Assembly (NCBI GenBank): GCA_900313335.1
Contig: OMQX01000005.1
Location: 1-38,336, forward strand
Length of the DNA stretch: 38,336 nt
From: an uncultured Prevotellaceae bacterium
GTDB taxonomy: Bacteria > Bacteroidota > Bacteroidia > Bacteroidales > Bacteroidaceae
Reading direction: 5' to 3'
Below the pieces are notes generated by a model that saw only the letters and a list, made by a program, of their open reading frames with translations, ran no database searches and was not told the origin of the DNA. This document shows, piece after piece, positions 26,527 to 37,195 of the stretch. Each line of letters begins with the position of its first letter. Position 1 is the stretch's first letter. The position numbers and the translations under genes are program-made.

Positions 26527-27780
26527 ATGGATTTTCAGCAAGATATGGATTTTGACATGGGTCTGCCATTGGTAAACCTGCCAAAGACTAACAATTGTAT
26601 AATAAAGGTTATCGGTGTCGGTGGTGGTGGCGGTAACGCAGTTAATCACATGTATCGCGAAGGTATCCACGATGTATCCTACGTCGTGTGCAATACCGAC
26701 AAGAAAGCTCTGGACGACAGTGCCGTGCCCAACCATCTGCAGTTAGGAAGCGACGGCCTTGGTGCAGGTAACCGTCCCGAAAAGGCACGGGCAGCAGCCT
26801 GCGAAAGCCTGGATGCCATCAAGGAGATGCTTAACGACGGCACACGAATGGTATTCATCACTGCCGGAATGGGTGGCGGTACCGGTACCGGTGCTGCGCC
26901 TATCATTGCACAATGTGCAAAGGAAGCAGGTATCCTGACCGTAGGTATCGTAACCATACCATTCAAGTTCGAAGGAATAAAGAAGATAAAGCAGGCCCTG
27001 GACGGCGTCGAGGAAATATCGAAGCACGTAGACGCGCTGCTTGTCATCAACAACGAACGTCTGCGTGAGATTTACCCCGAATTGACCGTCATAAATGCAT
27101 TTGCACGTGCCGACGATACCCTGTCCACTGCAGCCAAGAGCATAGCCGAAATCATTACCATGCACGGTATTATCAATCTGGACTTCCAGGACGTTACCAC
27201 AGTGCTGAAGGACGGAGGCGTTGCCATTATGAGTACAGGATTCGGCGAAGGCGAGAACCGTGTCACCAAGGCTATTGCCGAGGCACTTAACTCCCCCCTG
27301 CTTAACCACAATGACATCTTCAACTCCAAGAAGGTACTGCTCAATATCAACTTCTGCGCCGACAAGGATCACGAGTCCCTGATGATGGAGGAGATGAACG
27401 AGGTACACGAGTTCATGGCCAAGTTCCGCCTGGACGTTGAAACAAAGTGGGGCCTTGCAACCGACTCAACCTTGGGAAGCAAGGTCAAGATCACCCTGCT
27501 TGCTACAGGTTTCGGTCTGCAGAGCATAAACGGCATAGGCGGACAAACCAAGGACAAGGACCTGACCGATGAAGAAGCCGAGAAGGAAGAACGTCAGCAG
27601 GGACTCATTGCCAAATACTATAACGGAGAAAACGCCCCCGTCAGGAGCCACAAGCACAACATCTTTATTTTCAACGCCGAAAATATTGATGATGACGAAA
27701 TCATCTCACGCGTAGATACTATTCCTACCTGCCGCAGGAGCAAGGAGGACCTGAAGCATATATGCGGTGAAGCAATATAA
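26527..27780 (+). CDS. ftsZ: Cell division GTPase FtsZ
   Basis: 417 aa with VIGVGGGGGNAVNHM, the tubulin signature GGGTGTGAAP, NLDFQDV, and a long Bacteroidota-type C-terminal extension. Confidence 0.97.
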   Translation: MDFQQDMDFDMGLPLVNLPKTNNCIIKVIGVGGGGGNAVNHMYREGIHDVSYVVCNTDKKALDDSAVPNHLQLGSDGLGAGNRPEKARAAACESLDAIKEMLNDGTRMVFITAGMGGGTGTGAAPIIAQCAKEAGILTVGIVTIPFKFEGIKKIKQALDGVEEISKHVDALLVINNERLREIYPELTVINAFARADDTLSTAAKSIAEIITMHGIINLDFQDVTTVLKDGGVAIMSTGFGEGENRVTKAIAEALNSPLLNHNDIFNSKKVLLNINFCADKDHESLMMEEMNEVHEFMAKFRLDVETKWGLATDSTLGSKVKITLLATGFGLQSINGIGGQTKDKDLTDEEAEKEERQQGLIAKYYNGENAPVRSHKHNIFIFNAENIDDDEIISRVDTIPTCRRSKEDLKHICGEAI

Positions 27781-27799
27781 AACCGACGGAGGTCCGGAC

Positions 27800-28528
27800 T
27801 CAGGCCTCTGAAAACACCTCGCGAAGCACATCCATGCTTTGCAAGGGATGAAAACCTGGCACATGCAGGCGGTAATACATTATGATTATCTCCAGTATGC
27901 GCCAGCGCTGTTCCCTGGTGACAGCCAATTCATGCATCTGGCCGTAGTCGGTTCCCAGAAGAACCGGCAGGAAAGCCGTCTCCTCCTTGTTAAGCATATA
28001 CTTGTGCAACGGAGGCAACTCGACACACTCTCCGCTCTGCATATCAAAGAACACGCCTTCGCGATACCCCTCTATGTTGGGCATAATGCCCAGGAACATA
28101 GTCAGCTTAAGCGGAAGGAGCAAATGAAAGTTTGCAATGCCTTCTGCATTCCGGTCAAACCATTCCAAGGACTGTTCCAGGAAACCGAACAATCGGGCAT
28201 TCACCCCCTCGGAACGTATCGCATTATAAAGGAACTCGGCAAGGAACATCGCAACAGAAGCCTTCACAGGATTATACGGGATGCTTGTCCACGGATGATA
28301 CGAAGATATATTCCTGATGCTCTGCAAATCCCGTGTTTCCCTGTAATCCAGCTCTATCTCAACAAGTGAGAGTCTCTGCAGCAATGACAGCAGGGCACCG
28401 CGCCTCTTGGTATTCGGAATCCGGACAAGGGACGATATATTACCATATCTCTCGGTAAAAAAAGACACGACAACACTATTATCGCTGTACTTGATACAGT
28501 TCAGAACTATAGCCCTCGTCGTTTCCAC
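27800..28528 (-). CDS. recO: DNA repair protein RecO
   Basis: 242 aa. The N-terminal OB-fold-like segment TRAIVLNCIKYSDNSVVVSFFTERYG and the overall length fit RecO. The gene is convergent with ftsZ, with a 19-nt gap. Confidence 0.85.
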   Translation of the reverse strand: METTRAIVLNCIKYSDNSVVVSFFTERYGNISSLVRIPNTKRRGALLSLLQRLSLVEIELDYRETRDLQSIRNISSYHPWTSIPYNPVKASVAMFLAEFLYNAIRSEGVNARLFGFLEQSLEWFDRNAEGIANFHLLLPLKLTMFLGIMPNIEGYREGVFFDMQSGECVELPPLHKYMLNKEETAFLPVLLGTDYGQMHELAVTREQRWRILEIIIMYYRLHVPGFHPLQSMDVLREVFSEA

Positions 28529-28629
28529 TTTATATATCCCTGTCGCCTAATACTAATGCGAATTTACGCTTTTATGACAATTCGGGCACTCGCGCCATAT
28601 TATTTTGCGCTGCAGATTGTATTTTTTTA

Positions 28630-28637
28630 CAAAAATA
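28630..28637 (-). promoter_or_regulatory. Possible -7 box (TATTTTTG) for recO, back to back with the tRNA promoter
   Basis: The plus strand reads CAAAAATA, which is TATTTTTG on the minus strand. It lies about 100 nt upstream of the recO ATG, so the leader would be long. Confidence 0.35.
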
Positions 28638-28638
28638 T

Positions 28639-28669
28639 TTTGTCAATTCATATAATCACTGTACCTTTG
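28639..28669 (+). promoter_or_regulatory. Bacteroidota sigma-A promoter: TTTG (-33), 19 nt, TACCTTTG (-7)
   Basis: TTTG at 28639..28642 and TACCTTTG at 28662..28669, with consensus spacing. The promoter lies about 56 nt upstream of tRNA-Glu. Confidence 0.65.
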
Positions 28670-28725
28670 CAACCGCAAATTCGGGCATATGCCCTTGTGA
28701 GCACTGGCAAAAAAGCCGAAGGTAA

Positions 28726-28797
28726 GGTCCCTTCGTCTATCGGTTAGGACAAGAGATTTTCATTCTCTAAAGAGGGGTTCGATTCCCCTAGGGACTA
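28726..28797 (+). tRNA. tRNA-Glu (anticodon UUC)
   Basis: Hand-folded cloverleaf of 72 nt. The acceptor stem is GGTCCCT/AGGGACT (G1-U72 wobble). The D stem is GTCT/GGAC with loop ATCGGTTA. The anticodon stem is AGAGA/TCTCT with loop TTTTCAT (anticodon TTC). The T arm is AGGGG-TTCGATT-CCCCT and the discriminator is A. No CCA is encoded. It closely resembles bacterial tRNA-Glu. Confidence 0.92.
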
Positions 28798-28874
28798 CGA
28801 AACTGGAGAGAGGTGCGAGGTCATTTAGCCATACCACATCAGACTCCGACTAACAAATTAAACAAAACAGACAA

Positions 28875-29129
28875 ATGGCAAATCACAAATCATCCCTGAA
28901 GAGAATTCGTCAGGAGCAGAAGAAGAGACTGCACAACAGATATTACGCAAAGACAATGCGTAATGCAGTTCGCAAGTTGCGTGCTACTACCGACAAGGCA
29001 GTTGCAACAGAAATGTACCCACTCGTTCAGAAGGCCCTTGATAAGCTTGCTAAGATTAACGTTATCCACAAGAACAAGGCTGCTAACCTGAAGAGCAAGT
29101 TGGCCAAGCACATCAACAAGCTGGGTTAA
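28875..29129 (+). CDS. rpsT: 30S ribosomal protein S20
   Basis: 84 aa: [36 protein letters not shown]... This is the typical basic bS20 sequence. Confidence 0.95.
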   Translation: MANHKSSLKRIRQEQKKRLHNRYYAKTMRNAVRKLRATTDKAVATEMYPLVQKALDKLAKINVIHKNKAANLKSKLAKHINKLG

Positions 29130-29158
29130 TTTCCGCTTCTTATTGGCGACAGAATACA

Positions 29159-29188
29159 GCAATCATCCCCCGGGATGGTTGCTTTTTT
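29159..29188 (+). terminator. Rho-independent terminator after rpsT
   Basis: The stem is GCAATCATCC-(CCCG)-GGATGGTTGC (10 bp, one G-U) followed by TTTTTT. Confidence 0.8.
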
Positions 29189-29262
29189 GTCGTATCACGA
29201 CCAACTGTCAGGGCTAAGTCAATTTAATTATAATGCTATTGCATTATTTCCATTTTTTTTTA

Positions 29263-29270
29263 TATCTTTG
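29263..29270 (+). promoter_or_regulatory. -7 box (TATCTTTG) for gyrB
   Basis: TATCTTTG lies 26 nt upstream of the gyrB ATG and is preceded by a T10 tract. Confidence 0.6.
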
Positions 29271-29278
29271 TTGCGTAA

Positions 29279-31273
<1,995 letters not shown>

Positions 31274-31305
31274 ACTCAAACACAGCAATACAAGCAAGAA
31301 AAACA

Positions 31306-31340
31306 TTCCCGGATGTTCGAGACTATCGAGTATCCGGGAA
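31306..31340. terminator. Bidirectional hairpin between convergent gyrB and the DUF2851 gene
   Basis: TTCCCGGAT-(17 nt)-ATCCGGGAA forms a perfect 9-bp stem. On the plus strand it is followed by TTACTTTTG. It abuts the DUF2851 stop codon. Confidence 0.5.
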
Positions 31341-32477
31341 TTACTTTTGTGACAAGTATTCAAACCCAAAACGACATTCCAGACATCGGAAATGATCACA
31401 ATATACACGTTTTAACTGGATTAGCGCCTGCGAATCAGCAGCAGTTGACACCTCCAATCCACATGCCCTCCATTGTCTTAGGATATAATTATCCTCACCA
31501 CGCAATTCCGTCAAGATGCATAGAGAGCGATTCCTGTACTCCTCAAGACCATAGACAAAACCATACGAAAAAATCAGAGGACATGCCGCATTGATAACCA
31601 ACAAACGGCTCACATCCCTACTGAATCCCGCCACGAGAAAAATTTCAGTCAACTGGACAGCATCCTCGCAACTCAGAATTTCATCCACACCACACTGGCG
31701 ATTGAAAAATACTGAAGCCAACTGTCTTATTCTGACCTCAGGATAATTTTTAGGCCTGATACGCATATATCTCCAAGCATATCTGTCAACACCATCGTCA
31801 AGCGCCGCACTGTCCAGGAACACCTTTTCCAGAAGCTGATATGACATCCCTCCCAGTTTACTGTACAACTCGTCATAAGGCAGATGTATTGCCCACCGTT
31901 CCATCGGATCACCATTCAGCCCAAAGCCCAATGTCCTCGCCATCATGACAAACGCCGTATGACCCCAATTATCCCCCGTCTGCCTCAATACCGAGGCAAT
32001 GCGTCTGTTTCTGTCCATCAAACGTTCGACCAGCAACGAATCCAGCCACGAATTAACCCTTACCGAAGCTATACTGCCGACAAATCTGTGACACCGTGGA
32101 TAATCATTAGACTTTATCAATTCCCTAAACCTATTGCCCAAACCCTCAGGTATAGTTATCTCCAACTGCCACACAGCCATGCCATTCTGCATATACACAT
32201 CCACATCAGCCTTCTCAACAACATGCAGGATTGTAGTGTTATAAACCGGATCCGTATTATGCCCATGCCTGTTCCAGTCACTCGACCTGGTATGCAACTC
32301 AACATTACCAACCCAAACAACACCATCTATCAGAATCTTGGCATTCAGGAAATCCGGTCCCTGATTCACGTTATGCTCACCGCAATAAAGGATATCGACG
32401 CACAGTCCACCTGTCGTCTTCAGACCATCCATATTAAACATGCGATGTTGCCAAACGTAATGCAAAAGACTCTCCAT
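31341..32477 (-). CDS. DUF2851 family protein (function unknown)
   Basis: MESLLHYVWQHRMF... is the characteristic DUF2851 N-terminus, followed by NQGPDFLNAKILIDG..W.GNVELH.RSSDW..HGH. The track ORF starts 9 codons earlier (32504). That extension overlaps the pnp terminator hairpin, so it was trimmed. Confidence 0.8.
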   Translation of the reverse strand: MESLLHYVWQHRMFNMDGLKTTGGLCVDILYCGEHNVNQGPDFLNAKILIDGVVWVGNVELHTRSSDWNRHGHNTDPVYNTTILHVVEKADVDVYMQNGMAVWQLEITIPEGLGNRFRELIKSNDYPRCHRFVGSIASVRVNSWLDSLLVERLMDRNRRIASVLRQTGDNWGHTAFVMMARTLGFGLNGDPMERWAIHLPYDELYSKLGGMSYQLLEKVFLDSAALDDGVDRYAWRYMRIRPKNYPEVRIRQLASVFFNRQCGVDEILSCEDAVQLTEIFLVAGFSRDVSRLLVINAACPLIFSYGFVYGLEEYRNRSLCILTELRGEDNYILRQWRACGLEVSTAADSQALIQLKRVYCDHFRCLECRFGFEYLSQK

Positions 32478-32507
32478 AAGCACAAAGATAAAAAGAAAAG
32501 TCAAATA

Positions 32508-32540
32508 AAAGAGCTACCTGGCAAGACCAGATAGCTCTTT
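32508..32540 (-). terminator. Rho-independent terminator after pnp
   Basis: The minus strand reads AAAGAGCTA-TCTGG-TCTTG-CCAGG-TAGCTCTTT followed by TATTT. The outer stem is 9 bp and there is an inner CTGG/CCAG pairing. Confidence 0.65.
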
Positions 32541-32561
32541 TTGATTATTTCACGTATTCCC

Positions 32562-34820
32562 TTAGGAATTCTCCTCCACGTTGTCAGCAACGGGTGATTC
32601 AGGACGGGGACGACGCTCGCCACGCTCAGGACGAGGACGGCGCTCACCACGCTCAGGACGGGGACGACGCTCACGCTCTACGTAACCCTCCGGCTTTTCT
32701 ATCAGGACACGACGGCTCAGTTTGAACTTGCCAGTCTTAGGATCAATAGCCAGCAGCTTCACCTGCAGCTTGTCACCCTCCTTGATACCAGCCTCCTCTA
32801 CAGTCTCAAGACGCTTCCAGTCAATCTCGCTGATATGCAGCAGACCATCCCTGCCAGGCATGAACTCTACGAAGCAGCCATAAGGCATTATGCTACGTAC
32901 AACGCCCTCATACACGTCACCTACCTCGGGAACAGCCACGATAGCCTTGATCTTGCTCATTGCAGCATCAATAACATCCTTGCTGCTGCCGGAAACCTGA
33001 ATCTTGCCTACACCATCAACCTCGTCGATTGTGATAGTAGCACCTGTCTCCTCCTGCATACCCTGGATGATCTTGCCGCCAGGACCTATTACAGCACCGA
33101 TAAACTCCTTCGGAATTATCATCTGCTCTATACGTGGTACATGCGGTTTCAGTTCAGGACGCGGAGCATCCAGAGTCTTCAGCATCTCAGCCAGAATATG
33201 CTCACGGCCAGCCTTTGCCTGCATCAGAGCCTTCTCCAGGATCTCGTACGACAAACCATCGCACTTGATATCCATCTGTGTAGCCGTCAGACCCTTGGGA
33301 GTACCAGTAGTCTTGAAGTCCATATCACCCAAGTGATCCTCATCACCCAGGATATCGCTCAATACAGCATACTTATCCTCGCCCGGGTTCTTGATCAGAC
33401 CCATTGCAATACCGCTCACAGGAGCTGTAAGAGGCACACCGGCATCCATCAGGGACAGACACCCTGCACATACCGTAGCCATTGACGAAGAACCGTTAGA
33501 CTCCAGGATATCACTTACCACACGTATTGTGTAAGGGAAATCTGCAGGAATCTGACCCTTCAGACCACGCCATGCCAGATGACCATGACCTATCTCACGA
33601 CGGCCTACACCGCGCTGAGCCTTGGCCTCGCCTGTAGAGAACGGAGGGAAATTGTAATGCAGCAGGAAACGCATATAGCTCTTGTCCAGCACATTGTCCA
33701 CCATCTTCTCGTCCAGTTTGGTACCCAGTGTTGTAGTAGACAGGGACTGAGTCTCACCACGGGTAAAGATAGCACTTCCATGAGGCATTGGCAGAGGACT
33801 TACCTCGCACCAGATGGGACGTATCTCGTCCGTCTTACGACCATCAAGGCGAGTACCCTCGTCCAGGATACAACGGCGCATAGCATCCTTCTCCACATCA
33901 TGATAGTAACGGTCTACCAGAGCATTCTTCTCTGCCAGCTCGTCATCACTCAACTCGCTGTGAGCCTCGGCATACTGCAGCTTGAAATCCTCGCGTATAG
34001 CCTCGAAAGCCTCGAAACGCGCATGCTTCTCCAGAGCCTGCTTCGTAACGTCGTAAGCCTTCTGGTAGCAAGCAGCCTTTACAGCCTCGCGCAACTCCTC
34101 GTCATTAACCTCATGACAGTATTCGCGCTTTACATCAGTACCCAGCTCCCTGGCCAGCTCCTTCTGCAGCTGACACATAGGCTTGATGGCAGCATGAGCA
34201 CACTTCAGAGCCTCCAGCAGATCACTCTCCTGAACCTCCTTCATCTCACCCTCTACCATCATGATATTCTCCTCGGTAGCACCGACCATCAAGTCCATAT
34301 CCGCCTGCTCCAGCTGAGCATAGGTCGGGTTGATTACGAACTCGCCGTTTACACGAGCGACACGAACCTCACTGATAGGACCCTCGAATGGAATATCGCT
34401 ACAGCTCAGCGCAGCACTTGCAGCAAAACCGGCAAGAGCATCCGGCATGTCAACGCCATCGGCACTGAACAGAATAACATTCACATAAACCTCGGCATGA
34501 TAGTTGCTTGGGAACAGTGGACGCAGTGCACGGTCCACCAGACGGCACGTAAGGATTTCCTCGTCATTTGCCTTACCCTCACGCTTTGTGAAACCGCCCG
34601 GGAAACGTCCGGCAGCACTGTACTTTTCACGGTATTCAACCTGCAGAGGCATAAAATCTGTGCCAGGAACAGCATCCTTGGCAGCACAAACAGTGGCCAG
34701 GAGCACAGTGTTGTTCATACGCAACACAACGGAACCATCGGCTTGTTTGGCCAACTTTCCGGTCTCTATGCTAATGGTACGTCCATCAGGCAGAGACACA
34801 GTCTTTGTAATTACATTCAT
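32562..34820 (-). CDS. pnp: Polyribonucleotide nucleotidyltransferase (PNPase) with an Arg/Pro/Glu-rich repeated C-terminal tail
   Basis: 752 aa with two RNase PH domains ([29 protein letters not shown]), KH (IGPGGKIIQ) and S1 ([20 protein letters not shown]). The tail is [27 protein letters not shown]. Confidence 0.97.
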   Translation of the reverse strand: MNVITKTVSLPDGRTISIETGKLAKQADGSVVLRMNNTVLLATVCAAKDAVPGTDFMPLQVEYREKYSAAGRFPGGFTKREGKANDEEILTCRLVDRALRPLFPSNYHAEVYVNVILFSADGVDMPDALAGFAASAALSCSDIPFEGPISEVRVARVNGEFVINPTYAQLEQADMDLMVGATEENIMMVEGEMKEVQESDLLEALKCAHAAIKPMCQLQKELARELGTDVKREYCHEVNDEELREAVKAACYQKAYDVTKQALEKHARFEAFEAIREDFKLQYAEAHSELSDDELAEKNALVDRYYHDVEKDAMRRCILDEGTRLDGRKTDEIRPIWCEVSPLPMPHGSAIFTRGETQSLSTTTLGTKLDEKMVDNVLDKSYMRFLLHYNFPPFSTGEAKAQRGVGRREIGHGHLAWRGLKGQIPADFPYTIRVVSDILESNGSSSMATVCAGCLSLMDAGVPLTAPVSGIAMGLIKNPGEDKYAVLSDILGDEDHLGDMDFKTTGTPKGLTATQMDIKCDGLSYEILEKALMQAKAGREHILAEMLKTLDAPRPELKPHVPRIEQMIIPKEFIGAVIGPGGKIIQGMQEETGATITIDEVDGVGKIQVSGSSKDVIDAAMSKIKAIVAVPEVGDVYEGVVRSIMPYGCFVEFMPGRDGLLHISEIDWKRLETVEEAGIKEGDKLQVKLLAIDPKTGKFKLSRRVLIEKPEGYVERERRPRPERGERRPRPERGERRPRPESPVADNVEENS
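32599..32678 (-). repeat. About 3 copies of a 27-nt in-frame tandem repeat encoding (E)RRPRPERG in the pnp tail
   Basis: The plus-strand units are TCAGGACGGGGACGACGCTCGCCACGC, TCAGGACGAGGACGGCGCTCACCACGC, and TCAGGACGGGGACGACGCTCACGCTC (partial). Confidence 0.85.
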
Positions 34821-34857
34821 CTTGTTTTGTATATAAAAAAATATGCTAATTCGGGTG

Positions 34858-34865
34858 CAAAGATA
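34858..34865 (-). promoter_or_regulatory. -7 box (TATCTTTG) for pnp
   Basis: The plus strand reads CAAAGATA. It lies about 37 nt upstream of the pnp ATG at 34820. Confidence 0.6.
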
Positions 34866-34981
34866 CTACTTTATTAGAATATGTACGCACGAGACACACA
34901 ATAATTATGCAAAAACTATTGATTTCACACGTTTTAATAATATTTTTCATATTTCACTTTTCACATTTCAGCGAAATGTCA

Positions 34982-34989
34982 TACCTTTG
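34982..34989 (+). promoter_or_regulatory. -7 box (TACCTTTG) for greA, implying a leader of about 115 nt
   Basis: This is the only TAnnTTTG match on the plus strand in the 289-nt pnp-greA intergenic region. Confidence 0.5.
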
Positions 34990-35109
34990 TACTGCAAATC
35001 GATATTAAGGGCATAATGTCAAGGGTTCTGGCCATTCTCGGCTGGGATTCTTTTCTTTTGCTCACTTTTAATACGTCTAAAACAAAACTACAAATCTACA
35101 ATTACGAAA

Positions 35110-35574
35110 ATGGCATACATGTCACAACAGGGCTATGACGAGCTCATAGCAAAGCTCCAATATCTGGAGAGTGTCGAGCGTCCTGCAGCCAGTGCAGCCA
35201 TCGCAGAGGCACGCGACAAGGGAGACCTCAGCGAGAATGCTGAATACGATGCCGCCAAGGAATGGCAAGGCAAGCTCGAAACCAAGATAGCAATGCTCAA
35301 GCAGACAATCCTGGACGCAAAGATCCTGGACACCAGCCGCATGGACACCAGCACCGTACAGATACTGGCAACAATCGGCCTCAAGAACACACGCACAGGC
35401 ATGGAGATGAAATACACCATCGTCAGCGCCACCGAGTCGGACTACCGCGCCGGCAAGATCAGCGTCGAGACCCCCATCGCACAAGGCCTTATCGGAAAGA
35501 AGGTCGGCGACAAGGCCACCATACACGTTCCCCAGGGCGATATCGAACTGGAGATTATGAGTATCACCTATTAA
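35110..35574 (+). CDS. greA: Transcription elongation factor GreA
   Basis: 154 aa with an N-terminal coiled coil containing DLSENAEYDAAKE and a C-terminal FKBP-like domain ending ...PIAQGLIGKKVGD. Confidence 0.95.
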   Translation: MAYMSQQGYDELIAKLQYLESVERPAASAAIAEARDKGDLSENAEYDAAKEWQGKLETKIAMLKQTILDAKILDTSRMDTSTVQILATIGLKNTRTGMEMKYTIVSATESDYRAGKISVETPIAQGLIGKKVGDKATIHVPQGDIELEIMSITY

Positions 35575-35595
35575 CAATCACCAAACAATACCGCA

Positions 35596-35985
35596 ATGAC
35601 AATTTTCAGTAAAATAGTAGCAGGCGAGATCCCCAGCTACAAGATTGCCGAGGACGAATACCACTACGCCTTCCTCGACATCAGTCCCCTGCAGAAAGGC
35701 CACACACTCGTAATACCCAAGCGCGAGGTTGACTACATCTTCGACCTCACCGACGAGGAAATCGCCAGACTGCAGGTATTTGCCAAGAAAGTCGCTGTTG
35801 CCATCAGGAAAGCCATTCCATGCGTCAAGGTCGGCCAGTGCGTCCTGGGCCTCGAAGTCCCACATGCACACATTCACCTTGTACCCATGCAGAGCGAAAA
35901 GGACATGCGCTTCACCAACCCCCACCTTCAGCTCACCCCCGAGGAGTTCCAGCAGATTGCAGCCTCGATTCGCGAGCAATTCTGA
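35596..35985 (+). CDS. HIT-family (HinT-like) nucleotide hydrolase
   Basis: 129 aa with MTIFSKIVAGEIPSYKI and the histidine triad HAHIHLVP. Confidence 0.92.
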   Translation: MTIFSKIVAGEIPSYKIAEDEYHYAFLDISPLQKGHTLVIPKREVDYIFDLTDEEIARLQVFAKKVAVAIRKAIPCVKVGQCVLGLEVPHAHIHLVPMQSEKDMRFTNPHLQLTPEEFQQIAASIREQF

Positions 35986-37000
35986 TCGCGTCCTCCTTCG
36001 GACATATCATCAGCACATCGCCTTCCTCCAGGACAACAAAATCATGAATCCCCTTCATGATCAGCCTACGTCCCCGGGGAAGGCGTATTACGTTTCCGCT
36101 ACAATCCATCACACGCGCCGCCGTCTCCACCATCACATTCCCGTCGGCATCATGCACAGACTCCTCGCCGATAGAATCCCACGTACCTATATCAGCCCAG
36201 TCAAAGCCACACTCCATCACAAAACTCTCCAACCTCTCCAGGACACCCATGTCCAGGCTCAGGTTCGGCAACATCTTGAAAAACTCAGGCACCAGCTTCG
36301 GATCATCACTCTCGGCATCAGCCATCATCCGCGGTATCGCAAACTGATACTCTGGAATCATCCTGTACAGACTATCCACAAAACACACAGGACGGAACAC
36401 ATGCAAGCCCGTATTCCACAGGAAAGTCCCCTCGGCAAAGAACATCTCCGCAAACTCCCTAGCCGGCTTCTCCGTAAAAGTCTTTATCCTGAATATCCCG
36501 TTTTCACTCATTTCATCGCCAGTCTGGATATAACCATACCCAGTATCAGGACGCGTCGGACGTATACCCAGCACCAGCACATCATCACGGTCGGACACAA
36601 ACTCCAGAGCCCGTAGCACATTCTCACCATACGTCCCCTCATCCCGTATCATCTGGTCCGCAGGCGAAATCAGCAGACACGCCTCCGGATCACGCTTGCC
36701 AATCACCACACTCCCCCAAGCCACGGCAGCAAGAGTACCACGGCGCAAAGGCTCCTCCAGGATATGCGCATCATCCACCTTCGGCAACTGCTCGTACACC
36801 AACGGCAGATACCTCACGTTCGTACTAACATATATATTATCAGCAGGGAAAATCCTCGACACACGGTCATAAGTCTGCTGCAACAAGGTACGCCCGCTCC
36901 CGAACAAGTCCAGGAACTGCTTCGGCCTCGTACCGCGGCTCACCGGCCACAAACGGCTTCCCACCCCGCCCGCCAATATCAGGCAATAATTATGATTCAT
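35933..37000 (-). CDS. Mannose-1-phosphate guanylyltransferase-like nucleotidyltransferase
   Basis: MNHNYCLILAGGVGSRLWPVSR..PKQFL is the NTP-transferase G-rich loop and gives about 355 aa. The track ORF extends to 37186, but that extension crosses the -7 box at 37026..37033 and has no homologous look, so the start was set at the ATG at 37000. The 3' end overlaps the HIT gene by 53 nt (convergent). Confidence 0.85.
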   Translation of the reverse strand: MNHNYCLILAGGVGSRLWPVSRGTRPKQFLDLFGSGRTLLQQTYDRVSRIFPADNIYVSTNVRYLPLVYEQLPKVDDAHILEEPLRRGTLAAVAWGSVVIGKRDPEACLLISPADQMIRDEGTYGENVLRALEFVSDRDDVLVLGIRPTRPDTGYGYIQTGDEMSENGIFRIKTFTEKPAREFAEMFFAEGTFLWNTGLHVFRPVCFVDSLYRMIPEYQFAIPRMMADAESDDPKLVPEFFKMLPNLSLDMGVLERLESFVMECGFDWADIGTWDSIGEESVHDADGNVMVETAARVMDCSGNVIRLPRGRRLIMKGIHDFVVLEEGDVLMICPKEDAIRIARESRLQSAGTPRG

Positions 37001-37025
37001 AGCCAATCTTTCAAATTCTACTACA

Positions 37026-37033
37026 CAAATATA
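37026..37033 (-). promoter_or_regulatory. -7 box (TATATTTG) for the guanylyltransferase gene
   Basis: The plus strand reads CAAATATA. It lies about 25 nt upstream of the ATG at 37000. Confidence 0.55.
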
Positions 37034-37155
37034 GAAAAAATATACATTCTCCCCACTTGCTTTAAGTTTTTTTGTAATTTTGATGTTTAACATCGAAGTT
37101 ACTCCGTCTCGGCAAAAAAAAGAATAAATTCTTTTGTTCTGCTCTCGACTTTTCG

Positions 37156-37163
37156 TAACTTTG
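37156..37163 (+). promoter_or_regulatory. -7 box (TAACTTTG) for the BASS transporter gene
   Basis: TAACTTTG lies 32 nt upstream of the ATG at 37196. Confidence 0.55.
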
Positions 37164-37195
37164 CACATGCAAACATTACTCGCCATTATTCACCG

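Noticed and set aside
12690-27780. Absence of murF and ddl from the dcw cluster
   Set aside because: This gene order, with murE followed directly by mraY and murC followed directly by ftsQ, is the usual Bacteroidales arrangement as far as I know. It is not an anomaly of this window.
32483-32490. A TATCTTTG match on the minus strand just upstream of the DUF2851 ATG
   Set aside because: It lies only about 6 nt from the start codon, so it would imply a leaderless mRNA. It may be fortuitous, or the gene may be expressed by read-through from pnp. The evidence is not enough to call a promoter.
33579-34877. A 432-aa plus-strand ORF antisense to pnp. Similar long antisense ORFs occur at 18343..19290(-), 18984..19856(-), 21529..22446(-), 25430..26302(-), 35729..36616(+), 6702..7529(+), 7786..8526(+) and 37300..37884(+).
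   Set aside because: Each lies entirely inside a confidently identified gene on the other strand. Each has biased, motif-free composition (Leu/Thr/Gln, Arg/His or Cys-rich). Such ORFs are expected by chance at about 50 percent GC with codon-position bias.
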